From the NCBI GenBank assembly GCA_951804945.1, contig OX638153.1, forward strand, positions 29,946,001 through 30,010,000: DNA of 64,000 nucleotides, given 5' to 3'. The notes beneath the pieces are model-generated. The model was not told the origin of the DNA. It made no database searches and worked only from the letters and a program-made list of their open reading frames with translations. The DNA comes from Podarcis cretensis. Its lineage: Eukaryota. Shown here piece by piece: positions 1 through 11,700 of this stretch (position 1 is its first letter; every line of letters begins with the position of its first letter). Position numbers and translations under genes: made by a program.

Positions 1-6
1 TAGAGC

Positions 7-39
7 TGTGTGTGTGTGTGTGTGTGTGCGCGCGCGCGC
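7..39. repeat. (TG)11(CG)5 compound microsatellite
   Basis: Read directly. Confidence 0.95.
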
Positions 40-168
40 CCTTGATCTCTGCCAGGTGGAGGCATCTTTGGGTAGTCAAGGCTTTTCCCCCTGTGCCCCT
101 TTCATCCCTCAGGTATTTGTATGCATATTCACCACTTCACATTTTGGCACCTAGTACGGTGTTTCCCA

Positions 169-517
169 GGTGGCACTGTGGGTTAAACCACAGAGCCTAG
201 GACTTGCCGATCAGAAGGTTGGCGGTTCGAATCCCCGTGACAGGGTGAGCTCCTGTTGTTCGGTCCCAGCTCCTGCCGACCTAGCAGTTCTAAAGCACGT
301 CAAAGTGCAAGTAGATAAATAGGTACCACTCCGGCGGGAAGGTAAACAGCGTTTCCGTGCGCTGCTCTGGTTCGCCAGAAGCAGCTTAGTCATGCTGGCC
401 ACATGACGCAGAAGCTGTACGCCGGCTCCCTCAGCCAATAAAGTGAGATGAGCGCCGCAACCCCAGAGTCGGCCACGACTGGATCCAATGGTCAGGGGTC
501 CCTTTACTTTTACCTTT
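169..517 (+). mobile_element. Sauria SINE (lacertid type), slightly 5'-truncated
   Basis: tRNA-like head GGTGGCACTGTGGGTTAAACC...GGTTCGAATCCC, core AAGTGCAAGTAGATAAATAGGTACC, (ACCTTT)-type tail; TSD tacggtgtttccca/tacagtgtttccca. Confidence 0.9.
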
Positions 518-519
518 TA

Positions 520-660
520 CAGTGTTTCCCAAACTTGGGTCGTCATCTGTTTTTGGACTACAACTCCCATCATTCCTAGTTAACAGGAACAGTGGTCAGG
601 GATGATGGGAATTGTAGTCCAAAAAAAACAACGACAGAGACCTAAGTTTGGGAAGCACTG
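520..660. mobile_element. hAT-type MITE, interrupted at its left end by the Sauria SINE
   Basis: Inverted ends CAGTGTTTCCCAAACTTGGGTC / GACCTAAGTTTGGGAAGCACTG; internal palindrome ggactacaactcccatcat / atgatgggaattgtagtcc; imperfect 8-bp TSD acctagta/atctagtg. Confidence 0.75.
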
Positions 661-1789
661 ATCTAGTGCATCTGCATGTAGGAGACACCAGTAGAAGGAG
701 GGATTTTAATAGGCTTTCTTGTCATCTGAAGAACAGAAAAGCCTACAGAATAATTATCCCATTTTCTCAGCTACACTTGAGAAGGAATTGGCTAACAGCC
801 AGCCATATTTGCATAAAAAAGCCAAATGTGTTGCCACAAATTCAACTTCTATATCATTGGAGACCAAAGTACCAGATAGTGCAAGCTTAGATTATTAAAA
901 TTATTTTTTAACTAAAGGATTGGAAGACAGGAGGTGACTTGATTGCTATGTTTCAAAAGAAGTATCATTGTATTTAACTATAAGAGGAAAAGAAAACCAA
1001 ACACGTGTATAAAAAAATTACCTTTCTACCATTTTGTGCTAAGTCCTGATTAGAACAAAAATACTTGGGTTGGTCCTTTTTCTTATTCTTCCAATTGTAA
1101 TACTTGGCAAGTATCATTAAATATAGGGACACATCTGACCCATATAAGCATCTATCCATAACAAATGTGGAGTGTGCCATAATTGGAAAGCCTCCCCGTT
1201 CCCTTTGTTGGAAGCTAAAATGTATCTGGATACTTTTACAGAATAGATAAGCTTAGGGCTGAGACTTCAGCTTTTTAGGAGGACATATGACCACCCTCTT
1301 GACAAATGGGGCACAAACACAAGATACTGGCTCAGCGCCCAATGCTGAGTCTTTAACCCTTCAGCAGCAGTATTTATGCCAACTGCTTTATTAGCACAGT
1401 GTGCCATAGGATTGGCCGAACACTTTAAAAACAATTCCCAATTCCAAAAATCACACAGAAATAAAAAAGGAGCTAAGAACATGCAATTATCTCGTCATGA
1501 TGAAGGTACATAAACATTTCTGTTCCCATCATTAGCCCATTCTGCATCACTTGTGTTGTTTTGTGCTTGTCTGATGTGTCAAAGTACTGTGATGAGGACC
1601 CTTTCTACACTAGCAGTACCTTTGGTCTTTGAACAGCTAAAAATTGGCTGATGGTGCTGCATGTTTTTAAAGCATGATATATATACTGGCGCACAAGGTC
1701 CTGGATGTTTTTGGGTCCCAAGTGCTCAGAACCTCCCTCAAGAAGCCCTACCAACCCGACCCTGGTGAGGACCTGCCCTTTGGCAGCCT

Positions 1790-2720
1790 GGCAAGAAAAC
1801 GTGCGCGCGACCTCATTTGCCTACGGCCCTACGAGGATGTTCAACGCAACTTAACGAGCCAAGTGCCCGCCGCGGCTTCGGCGGCGCTTGTTCCCAGGCA
1901 GGCGCGCGCGCGCGCGCTCATCGGGTAGGAAGGAGCCTGACTGAAGGGGAGCAGGACCTGCCATTTCCAGAGGCGGGCAGGGGGGTCGGGCCGCAGCCGC
2001 GGCTCTCCGGCAGGCCCTGCCCACCGTGTGGAGACAGGCCCGCTCTTTCCCCGCCCCCTGCCAGCAAGGGCTCGGTTCCCTTGGTAGCGACCGCAGTAGC
2101 GGCGGGAATAACGGGCAGAGCCTGAGGCACCTCCAGGATGTCGCGGCCGCCTCGGCGCGCCGTGCAGCTGGCGCCGAGCTCTCTGGCCCTGGTGTTGCGC
2201 CGCCTGCAGCAGCACGAGGAGGAGGGAGAAGCGCCGGCGCCGGCGGCTGCTTCCCCGGGCGAGCCCGAGGCGGAGAGCTGCGGCGACGAGGCGAGCGGCG
2301 CGGCCGTCTTCCAGGCGTTCCGGCGCGCCAACGCCGCCTGCTACTGGAACGGCGGGCTGGCTCGCGCCGTGTCGCGGGTGTGGCTGCAGGGCTGGCTGCG
2401 GGGCGGCGTGCTCTTGCTGCAGGGCCCCGCCGCCCCGCTGCAGCTCCTCCGCGACGCCTGGCTTCGTAGGGCGCTGCGCCCGCCCAAGGGCTTCCTCATC
2501 AGGGCTGTGGGTAAGCGAGCGAGCGAGCGAGCGCGCAAAGCAAGCAGGTTGGCCAAGCCAGGGGCGCAGCTTCACCAGATCACCTGCGCAGCTGGGGCTC
2601 CGAAAAGAAGCCAGCGCGCGTGCCCAGCTCCGTCAGATTCTCTCTTGGTTCCTCCCTTTACCTTGCGGGTCCGATCCTGGCTCCGTTCCTTTCTCTGCCG
2701 GATTCAACCAGAACCGACTC
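1790..2720. promoter_or_regulatory. CpG island / STOX1 promoter and exon 1
   Basis: Very GC- and CpG-rich against AT-rich flanks; (GC)8 at 1902-1917; GC box CCCCGCCCC near 2049-2058. Confidence 0.85.
2138..2510 (+). CDS. STOX1: STOX1 exon 1
   Basis: ATG at 2138, [13 protein letters not shown]...GFLIRAV; donor G|gtaagc at 2511, phase 1. Confidence 0.93.
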
Positions 2721-5700
2721 CTGGACTCTTTATTTGCCAGGTTTTGCTTTAAGCTGATTCTGGGCCCTTCAGGTTTTTTATTTGTTTAAGGATGCTCTGA
2801 GTCCTAAAGCACGTGTGATAGTAAGGAAGTGCGTCTTGAGCACATGCTGAGTGTTTTTCTCCAGCTCCAGACTCATGTACAGCTAGTTTTCTCGTCTCAG
2901 GGTTTCTGATGCTAGACCAACATACCCAAGCTAAGGAGTTTGGATCTGCCCAGGGCTTGGTTGAGAGACTGCTTATGTTCCAGCTACATGTGGGGTTGTA
3001 TACCTCACTGCTGTTTAGGTTTTGCTTGTTCAGTAGGCTTCCACTTCTGTGATGGAATGTTCCTCTGGAGCAGATTCTGAGGGTGTGCATGCAGAGAAAA
3101 GAGAAGTCCCATTGCAAGAGTGGGACCCCATGCACAGTGTTGGATACGACCCTTATAAAAATGAGTGATAAGCATTAGGGGTTGTTTTAAAAAGCCTGGT
3201 AGTGCCTTCTGCATGTGTAATGAACAATTAATGTGTGAAGAGTGAACACAGACCTTATATAACATTTAGGAATGCAACATCAAGGGACGCTGGCTGGAAC
3301 TGATGAACCTGATACAGCTACCAGGTGGAATTTGCTCTACATGGGGACTATCCCTATGTGATGCACTGTGGAATACTTTCTCTGGTACTAAAAACTCGCT
3401 CTCTTGTGTATGTTTGTGGTAGTGTAGACTGAATGGCCCTAATGAGGCACTGCATGTTAACGGTTCACTATGTAAATTATTTTAAAGCAGCCTCCAAGCA
3501 TACACCTGGGGTCTGCATGCATTCAGAAAAGGTTGCTTCCTTTCTCTCTCTTTCAGCCCCTTCGTTCCATAATTCCAAACTCCTGTCGTTCTGTGTGGTG
3601 GGAAGCCCTTGACTACTGTAACTCTGGCAAAGAAATATAGGGCAAGAAGTAAGCTGTTAGAGGACCAAGGTTTTATTAAATAAAGAAACCAGTGGAAAGG
3701 AGCACCTGGACTAGGCATTTCTTCTTAGGCTTAAGTGATCTGAAGCAAAAAAAAAAAAAAAAAAAAAAACCCAAACCAAACGAAAATCCTCCAATGTTTC
3801 CTGTCAGCTGGGGGTGCCATTTTGACTGTAATCTCTTCATTGCCTAATACCTAATGGGTTCCTTAACTCACAGAAAGAACCTTGCGCTCATGCTATTGTG
3901 TGTAGGGAGATGGAGGGTGGGGAGAGGGTAAACAAGGATTTGTCACACACTGTAGGCGCTCCGAAGGTTAATCTGTTCCTTTCTTGCTGTCTCTGTGGAG
4001 CTAGGGAGAGCATACTGCTTTTTAATTGAAAAAGAGGAAGGGTCTTTTATTTCAGAGAGAAATATGCTCCTCCGGGGGCACTCATGTGCCCTCTTGATAA
4101 ACAGCTAACTTCTTTAAAGAAAAGGGGGGGGGGGGGAAAGCATTCAAACAGGATGAAAATATTCTTGTTTTAACCACTGAGATGTTAGCAATCTTTTGCC
4201 TCGCCTCAGTAAAAGAATTTTTTTAAGACTTCCTACATAAACTTAGACACTTAAATATTTATATTTGTGTGGTTTCGCTTTGGTGAATATTAATCTCCCT
4301 TGGCCCTGCAAAATGGGGAGCTTGTATGAGTTTGGTGACACCTGTGTGCATAGTAAACCCAGTATTGTAGAGAAAACATTACTGTTGCCTTAAATGTAGC
4401 AATATTCTGCCATACTCTCTGGTGTGGTACTCTTGGTGCCATATTAAGTAAAGCCAACATATAAAGGAAATGGTTACAAATGCAAGAATTCTATAAACAT
4501 TGTTGTAAGTTTTCACTTAACAGCTATCTCCTTGATCCTGCAATTGGATCCATATGGGAGACTCTGGTGCCCATACAGAGTCCTGCTGAAGTTAACCGCC
4601 AAGTAATACAATTCCTTCAGTGTTAGCTGTTCAGGAATTTCTTGCAAGTGGTCTCATATTCAAGTGCTGAAAATCCATTGAGAAGATGACTGCACAGCAT
4701 CCTTTGTTTTAAAAAAACTTTCCCAATTAAAGTAGCTGAAAGTTAGTATTTCCAGGTTTCTTGCCTAATTCTACAACTCTGTTTATCTTAAGTTTGTTAA
4801 TGTAGAATGAATGAGTTTCAAGAACTGTACTGGTGATGCTCTTATGTGACTTCTTATGTCCAGATGAAACAGGATGAGGCAAAAGTGCCTTGATTATTTG
4901 AGAGTTATTCTCCTTCTTACTTCCTTGCTTCAGCCTCTGATTACCATCTTAATAAGGCTGAGGTTGATATTGGTAGAATCTCTGGCTAATCATATCTGTA
5001 GGGGTTTCCTAATATTGTACTAACATCACAAACATTCTTAAGAAAAATGCCAAATATTAAGTGATTCACATTTATCATTCTATGCAACAAGTATGTAAGA
5101 ATGGCCAGTTCTTGAGTCAGACTAGAAGGTGGCAAGGTCAGTGGGCAGAATTTAGTTTGTTGTTGAACCCCTATATATAGAATGATGAGGTGAGACAACT
5201 TAAAGCACAACAGAGGCACCTATACTTTTCCACTACAAGGCTTCATTTTTAAATGAACAATCTCCTTAAGAGTTACACTGATTTCTTCCCCATGTCACTT
5301 GAGAAAGATTTACCTATCTTCTTGCCTGTGTGCTGGAATATTTTCTCTTTTTCTTTATCTGTTACATGCAAGAAACAGCTACCCTTTTACCCTTTGTGGT
5401 GTTTGTCATTAGTTGATAGGTATTTTATTGCAAGGGACGCGGGTGGCGCTGTAGGTTAAACCACAGAGCCTAGGACTTACCGATCAGAAGGTCGGCAGTT
5501 CGAATCCCCGTGACGGGGTCAGCTCCCGTTGCTTGGTTCCTGCTCCTGCCAACCTAGCAGTTCTAAAGCACGTCAAAGTGCAAGTAGATAAATAGGTACC
5601 GCTCCGGCGAGAAGGTAAACAGCGTTTCCGTGCGCTGCTCTGTTCGCCAGAAGCAGCTTCGTCATGCTGGCCACATGACCCGGAAGCTGTACGCCGGCTC

Positions 5701-8700
5701 CCTCGGCCAATAAAGCAACATGAGCATCGCAGCCCCAGAGTCGGTCACGACTGGACCTAATGGTCAGGGGTCCCTTTACCTTTTATTTTATTGCAACACC
5801 AGTATTTTCACACATGCATGTCCATAACAAATTACAGTTGGATTATAGCAGGGGTAGGCAACCTAAGGCCCATGGGCCGGAAGTGGCCCATGGAGGCTGT
5901 TTAACCGGCTCACGAGCCACCCCCAAACCGAGCCGCCTGCTCAGCAAGTCCCCGCGCGCTGCGCTAAACCAGCACAATGTGGGGACTCTCTTCCACGGCT
6001 CCAGATTTTTGGCATCTTGGCATGCATAGAAGCGATTTCTAGCGCCATGGACATGCGCAGATGTGATTTCTGGCGTCATGCCGCACCGGTCTGGTCCATG
6101 GAGGATCTCCGCGGGAGTGATCCGGCCCATGCCCAGTAAGCCTTGCCGACCCCTAGATTACATTACTTTACTGAGGCTTCCCTTAACAAAGCACAGAGAA
6201 GGGTGCTTTGGAGTTTGGATTACTGATTATCTTGGATCACTTTTGACATGGTAATGTGGCCGTCCGTAGAGTGGTCTTAGAAAAAGGTAACAGATGTGTT
6301 ATGCACAGCAGTTAATCATTAAGCAATATCCTAGTTTTATGTCAATTTACAGGCTTGTTTGAGCCTGTGGATCTGAGGTGTATACATATTACAACAAACT
6401 ACCTCAGCTTATAAAGTGGTAATTATTAACACTCGCACAGCAAAAATTGGAACAATAACTTTCTACAGAAGTGAAAGCTGAGAGCTGTTTATCCAGTGAG
6501 AGTCCTTTCAGGGCCCTTCCTGACGATAGTGTGCCCCTCTCCCTGTTTTATTCTTCATAGCCCCATCTTGGTCCAGTGCCAGTGGCACGATAGCCAGCAC
6601 CTGCGTAATGTACTGGGAGTGTAGCTTTGCACAGAAGGATAATATTTCTACTTCTCCCTCCCTTTTAAAAGGAGAAGATATGAAGTTCTGCACTAGAAAG
6701 GCAGAGTGCATAGCTTCCAGAAAGTTAAGGAAAAAGAAACCATAAGGACCTCAAAATTGCAGAGCCCTGCAGTGTTAGAAACTCAGATAGATAAGCTAAT
6801 TGCCAAATGACACCTTAAACCTGGGTTATTGTTTAGGCACCATTCCCCCAATAATGCTGCTGCTGCTGCTGCTGCTTCTTAAAACATCAAATAAAACAAT
6901 ACAGAATAAAACAAATTCAAGCTTCAAGGAAAATATTTCAGATCCTTCTCTAAGTGACATGTTGCTTTCGCCATGTTTATTTACTACGTAATTTATATAG
7001 CTGCCCCATAGCAAGTGTGGTGTAGTGGTTAGAGTACTGGACTAGGACCTGGGAGATCAGGGTTCAAATCCCCACTCAGTCATTAAGCTCTCTGAGTGAC
7101 CTTGGGCCAATCACAGCCTATTAAGATACCTCACAGAGTCGTTGTAGGGATTAACTGAGAAGTGGGGGTGAGCCATGTACTCTTTGGAGAAAAAGTGGGA
7201 TATAAATGCTATAAATAAGCTCTTCTGCTAACCTGCTTAAGAAAGCTGGAGTGGCCAGGCATATGGAGATGTCAACCTGGCATCCAGAGATCTCCACATG
7301 GTTGCAATTGGACCCGCAGCAGTCGCAAAACGTGCCTGGCTCCTGGTGCCTGGCTTATTTCTAATACTGCTTTGTTTTTTATGTTTTGTGGGCCATGGCG
7401 ATATCCACAGAGTTCTCCTGTGCAAGCCTCATTATGATGCTCTTGCGGCATTCCTGTCTACAAGAATAGGATTTGTGCAGGACATTCTGCCGCTGTCCAG
7501 GCAAGCCAAGCCAAGGTGCTTTCCTCACACTTTTAATTTTACAACAGTTGAAAATATTGTGCTTTCAAAGCTCAGGACTAACATTAGAGCTACATACCAA
7601 GCTACACAGGACAGACTCCTTTGGCCCAGTAAGCCATCTCCTACTCTTACATCTGTTCCTTTGTGTTTTCCCACTCCCTGTGATGTCTTTCATTCCTGCC
7701 TCATTCCATAAAAACATCCAGTTGCCTGTTGAACACGTTCCTGTGACTTGCCCTTGTGGCTTTTACCTTATAACGTGTTCCATATGTTTGCTGGGCTTTG
7801 AGTGAAATGGTTTCAATTTAAACCTGTGGTTCCTTTCACTAACCACCCCCACCCCAAATATATCCTTAAGGGCAAGAACAAGGCCTATGTTATATAGGAG
7901 CTTCAGGAACACAATCGTTTGCCGCTGACTTTTGTGCCTCATATTTTGATTGCTGAGCCCAAATAATCCTTCCTTCCTTCCTCGTTTTAGCTATTGCTTG
8001 GTATCGTGTTCTAGGTATTCCTGCATATCCTCTGGAGTACTTTGGTTTTAGGTTTCTTCAAAAATCAATGGCCCCTTTCTGTTGCTGACACAGTAATTTA
8101 AGAGATATCAGTCCTGTGAGATGGCTTGTGCTTCATTTTCCTATTCTGCTACGCTTTCTTAGTCCTATTCAGAATTAGGACTGGTTCATATGATCACTAA
8201 CCACACACACAGTTCCTTTGCCTTGCCCAGGACAATTTACTTGTGCCAAACTGAGGGCTCCAGCAGAGCCACAGAACAATGTGCCTAAGCATACTCTGTG
8301 TGTGTGTGGTGGAGCTCTCATAAAATATTTGACATGGAACGACAGAAATAGGGGTCCCCACAGAAAAGCAACCAGTAATGTGCTTAGTGGTTAAATAAGC
8401 CAGCCGTCTTTTGATACAACCTTAGTGGCACCAGATAACCTTTTTTGAGTTGAGGGGAAAACAGTGAGTTATGTGGCATGGCATCTCTCATTCTCCTTTG
8501 TTGGAATGAAAGTACAGCAGTAATTAGGGAGGCCCAAGTGCAACTCTCCACTTGGCCATGAAGCTCACTGGGTGACCACGGGCCATTCATCACCTCTCAG
8601 GGTAGCCTTTCTTACAGGGTTGCTATGAGGATAAAATGGTAATGGGGGGGGGGAGGAAACCGTGTGTGCCATTTCCAGCTTCTTGGAGGAGAGGAATATA

Positions 8701-11700
8701 AATTAAGAAATAAATTAGCCAAAAAAGAGAGAAAGATTGTGCAACACACTGTTTCCTGCAGTACAGGCTTCCCCCCACTTATGTGGGGGTTATGTTCTGG
8801 GCCCCTGCATGCATAAGTGAAAATTGTGCAAGTGGGGGAGCATCTTCTAAACATAATTCCTCTAAACATAATTTAAATGCCCTCTCTGCATTTAAATCCA
8901 GCTTCCCTTTTTGACAGCAGCCCATTGTGTTGCACTAAACTTTTGAGGGTCCCCCAACTTTCAGTTTGTTTTGGGGGTGCACGAGAACCAAGGTTGGGAG
9001 GGGTGCCAGAAGGTACTTTATCCCATAACACTTTAGATCCTAGCCACTATTTGTGGGGAATATTTATATGTTCATGAACCAGTTCTTTGTCCTTCTGTTA
9101 AAGGAACTGAGAAAATTTTCACCTGGTTAAGAATTAACCACCTTTTAATTGTCTGGTCTTGAAATTAAACCTTTATCTACAGAGGATAATAATTAAAAGG
9201 CAGAAAATTAACAGATGTCAATTAGTGACCCTGTAATTAGTCCTGGGTTTAGGTTATTGATGATAGATGATGTTTGTGGTACGTTATGCTTAACAGTGAA
9301 ATTGGTGCTATATGCCACAAAGGCTTGTTGTTAGTAAACAACTGTAATGCTGTCTTGGTTTGGTTTCAAAGTTGAGAACAGGTTTAGAAACAGCCCCCTC
9401 CCTGGTCCAAGTAGCACTGGCAGTGATTGATTCAATTTCAGTGCCAGTTTTTAAATATTTATCTTTCATAATTTCTGTTTGAAATAGGATTTTGCCAGTG
9501 GCCACCTTTTAAATTTTATGGCATTTTCTGCAATAGTTAAAAAACCCCACCATAAAACAAGTAATGGGGGGGGGGTAACGAGGGGGGTTAAGAAAGAAGT
9601 AACGTATTTTTTTGCTCTATAAGACTCACTTTTTCCCTCCTAAAAAGTAAGGAGAAATGTGTGTGCGTCTTATGGAGTGAATGCAGGCTGCGCAGCTATC
9701 CCAGAAGCCAGAACAGCAAGAGGGATTGCTGCTTTCACTGCGTAGCTATCCCTCTTGCTGTTCTGGCTTCTGAGATTCAGAATATTTTTTTTTATTGTTT
9801 TCTGTTTTCCTCTTGCTGTTCTGGCTTCTGAGATTCAGAATATTTTTTTTATTGTTTTCCTCCTCCAAAAACTGGGTGCGTCTTGTGGTCTGGTGCGTCT
9901 TATAGAGCGAAAAATACAGTAATTGATAATGAGGGAAAGCGACAGCTTTGGTACTGGGAAATTAAAATGTGTATCATCATTTTGAATATTTGGGCAGCAT
10001 GTGCAGTCAGGAGCATTACATTGGGATGTTAAAATGCAAGGGAAATGTGTGTTTTGTTAGCAGCACACCTGAGCTTTGCTTAAATGCCGAAATATTCATG
10101 AAACTTGTTCTAGCCACTTGTTCTGTGGGACGTGTCGTCCACCAATGCCACATGGGCTTAATGAGGAATGGCAAATGAGCAGACGGTTGTGTGTTTTTCT
10201 GCTGCTTGGATTCCTTCCATGACTGCCTGCCTTTCATCCGTGTTTTGAACCCACCTGGCAAACGAGCATAGGTTTGAAAACTCATGGCCCATTAATGCTG
10301 GACTTAAGAAGTCCTGTTTTGTTTTGAAAATCATTCATAATCATTTCATGCATTCGTACGTTTTAATGATACTCTTATGAAAAACATCGTCTGAAATCCA
10401 CAGAATATCCTTGTAATGGATCAAATAGTTGCTGAAACAGTCTTTCAAATACTTTTGCTAATGCTGGTAGCTTCTGCCTCATTAAAAGGCTAGCCAGGGA
10501 AGGCCCGCAAGCAGGTCAAAATGAAAACAACCAACCCTGTTTGTTCGCACCATGTGGAACTTAAGAGGTATACTACATCGTAACATACTGTTTAAGCTCC
10601 TGAATCGATCTGAGCCTTCTCTTTATGCTGTTGGCAAGAACAACATCCTGTGACAATTAACAGAGCAGAGAGTTTGTTTTAAATCTGTGCTTCTTGGTTT
10701 GGAATAAAACAAAACTAACCAGTTTTGGCCACAGAGAGAGGTGGCCAGGGGATGGGGGAATGGGGATGAAAGCCATGGTATTTAAAAAGTAGGTGGGGGT
10801 TGGTTGGTTGGAAATTAACTTTGAGATGGAATTGGCATCAGTCATTATTCACCTATTTAAATCCTGAGTTAATCCTATACTCCTGTTAATGGAGGATAAG
10901 GTTTTATTTGATCCATTTGACTGGTGAGGCAAGAGAAAGCCAGTCACCTAATAAATCGCCTATCACTGCCAGACAGATCTGTGAATACTCTCATTGCACC
11001 TTTTCTCTCTCTCCCTTTTAATTAGCAGATGAGTTAATAAAGGACTAAATGTGTGTTGCAATCTGCAGCACGATGACAAGCCATCATATGTTGATGTAAT
11101 CTAAAAATGGGGAATTAAGCATAAATACATTCAGGCAAGCAATTGAACAGTGGTCAAGGTAGTTGTTTAACTGAGCAGAGATGCCCAAGTACAGTTATAC
11201 CTCGGGATGAATACACTTCAGCTTAAATATTTTCGGGTTGCGCTCCGCGGCGACCTGGAAGTAACAAAGCACATTACGTCCGGGTTTCGCTGCTCACGCA
11301 TGCACAAACGCTCAAAATGATGGCATGCATGGAAGCGGCGAAATGTGGCACGCGCAGATGCCCAGTCGCGTCCTACGCTCGCTTCAGGATGCGAATGGGG
11401 CTCTGGAATGGATCCCGTTCGCATCCAGAGGTACCACTGTAATCAATTAAGCTTCGTTCTCATACTTCTTTTATCACAACTTTAATAACCAAAATGATTG
11501 CAAAAGCATCCTTATCTAATACATGGTGCTTTATAAGTCATCAAAACCAGTTACATCATGGTACAGTAGAAGGTTTTGGTTATTTTAATTTACTTGGATG
11601 ATCTGGTGCCATTAAAAAAAAATATTAATTAACAAGCTTTATATACCACTTAATCATGAAAACTAAGCGGTTTACATGAAAATGAAGTCAAACTTAACTT

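Noticed and set aside
1497-1574. C/D box snoRNA-like ATGATGA...CTGA
   Set aside because: Intergenic, no convincing terminal stem and no recognisable guide sequence.
1817-2752. Overlapping long ORFs on both strands around STOX1 exon 1 (for example 244 aa on the minus strand)
   Set aside because: Stop-poor CpG-island composition; only the 2138 frame matches STOX1 and splices in phase.
7298-7711. 137-aa ORF with a hydrophobic stretch in STOX1 intron 1
   Set aside because: No recognisable family and no supporting promoter or exon chain; a length expected by chance in 64 kb.
10552-10567. Mini first exon caccATG TGG AAC TTA AGA G|gt, phase-compatible with STOX1 exon 2
   Set aside because: Weak donor (gtatac), only five codons and no promoter evidence.
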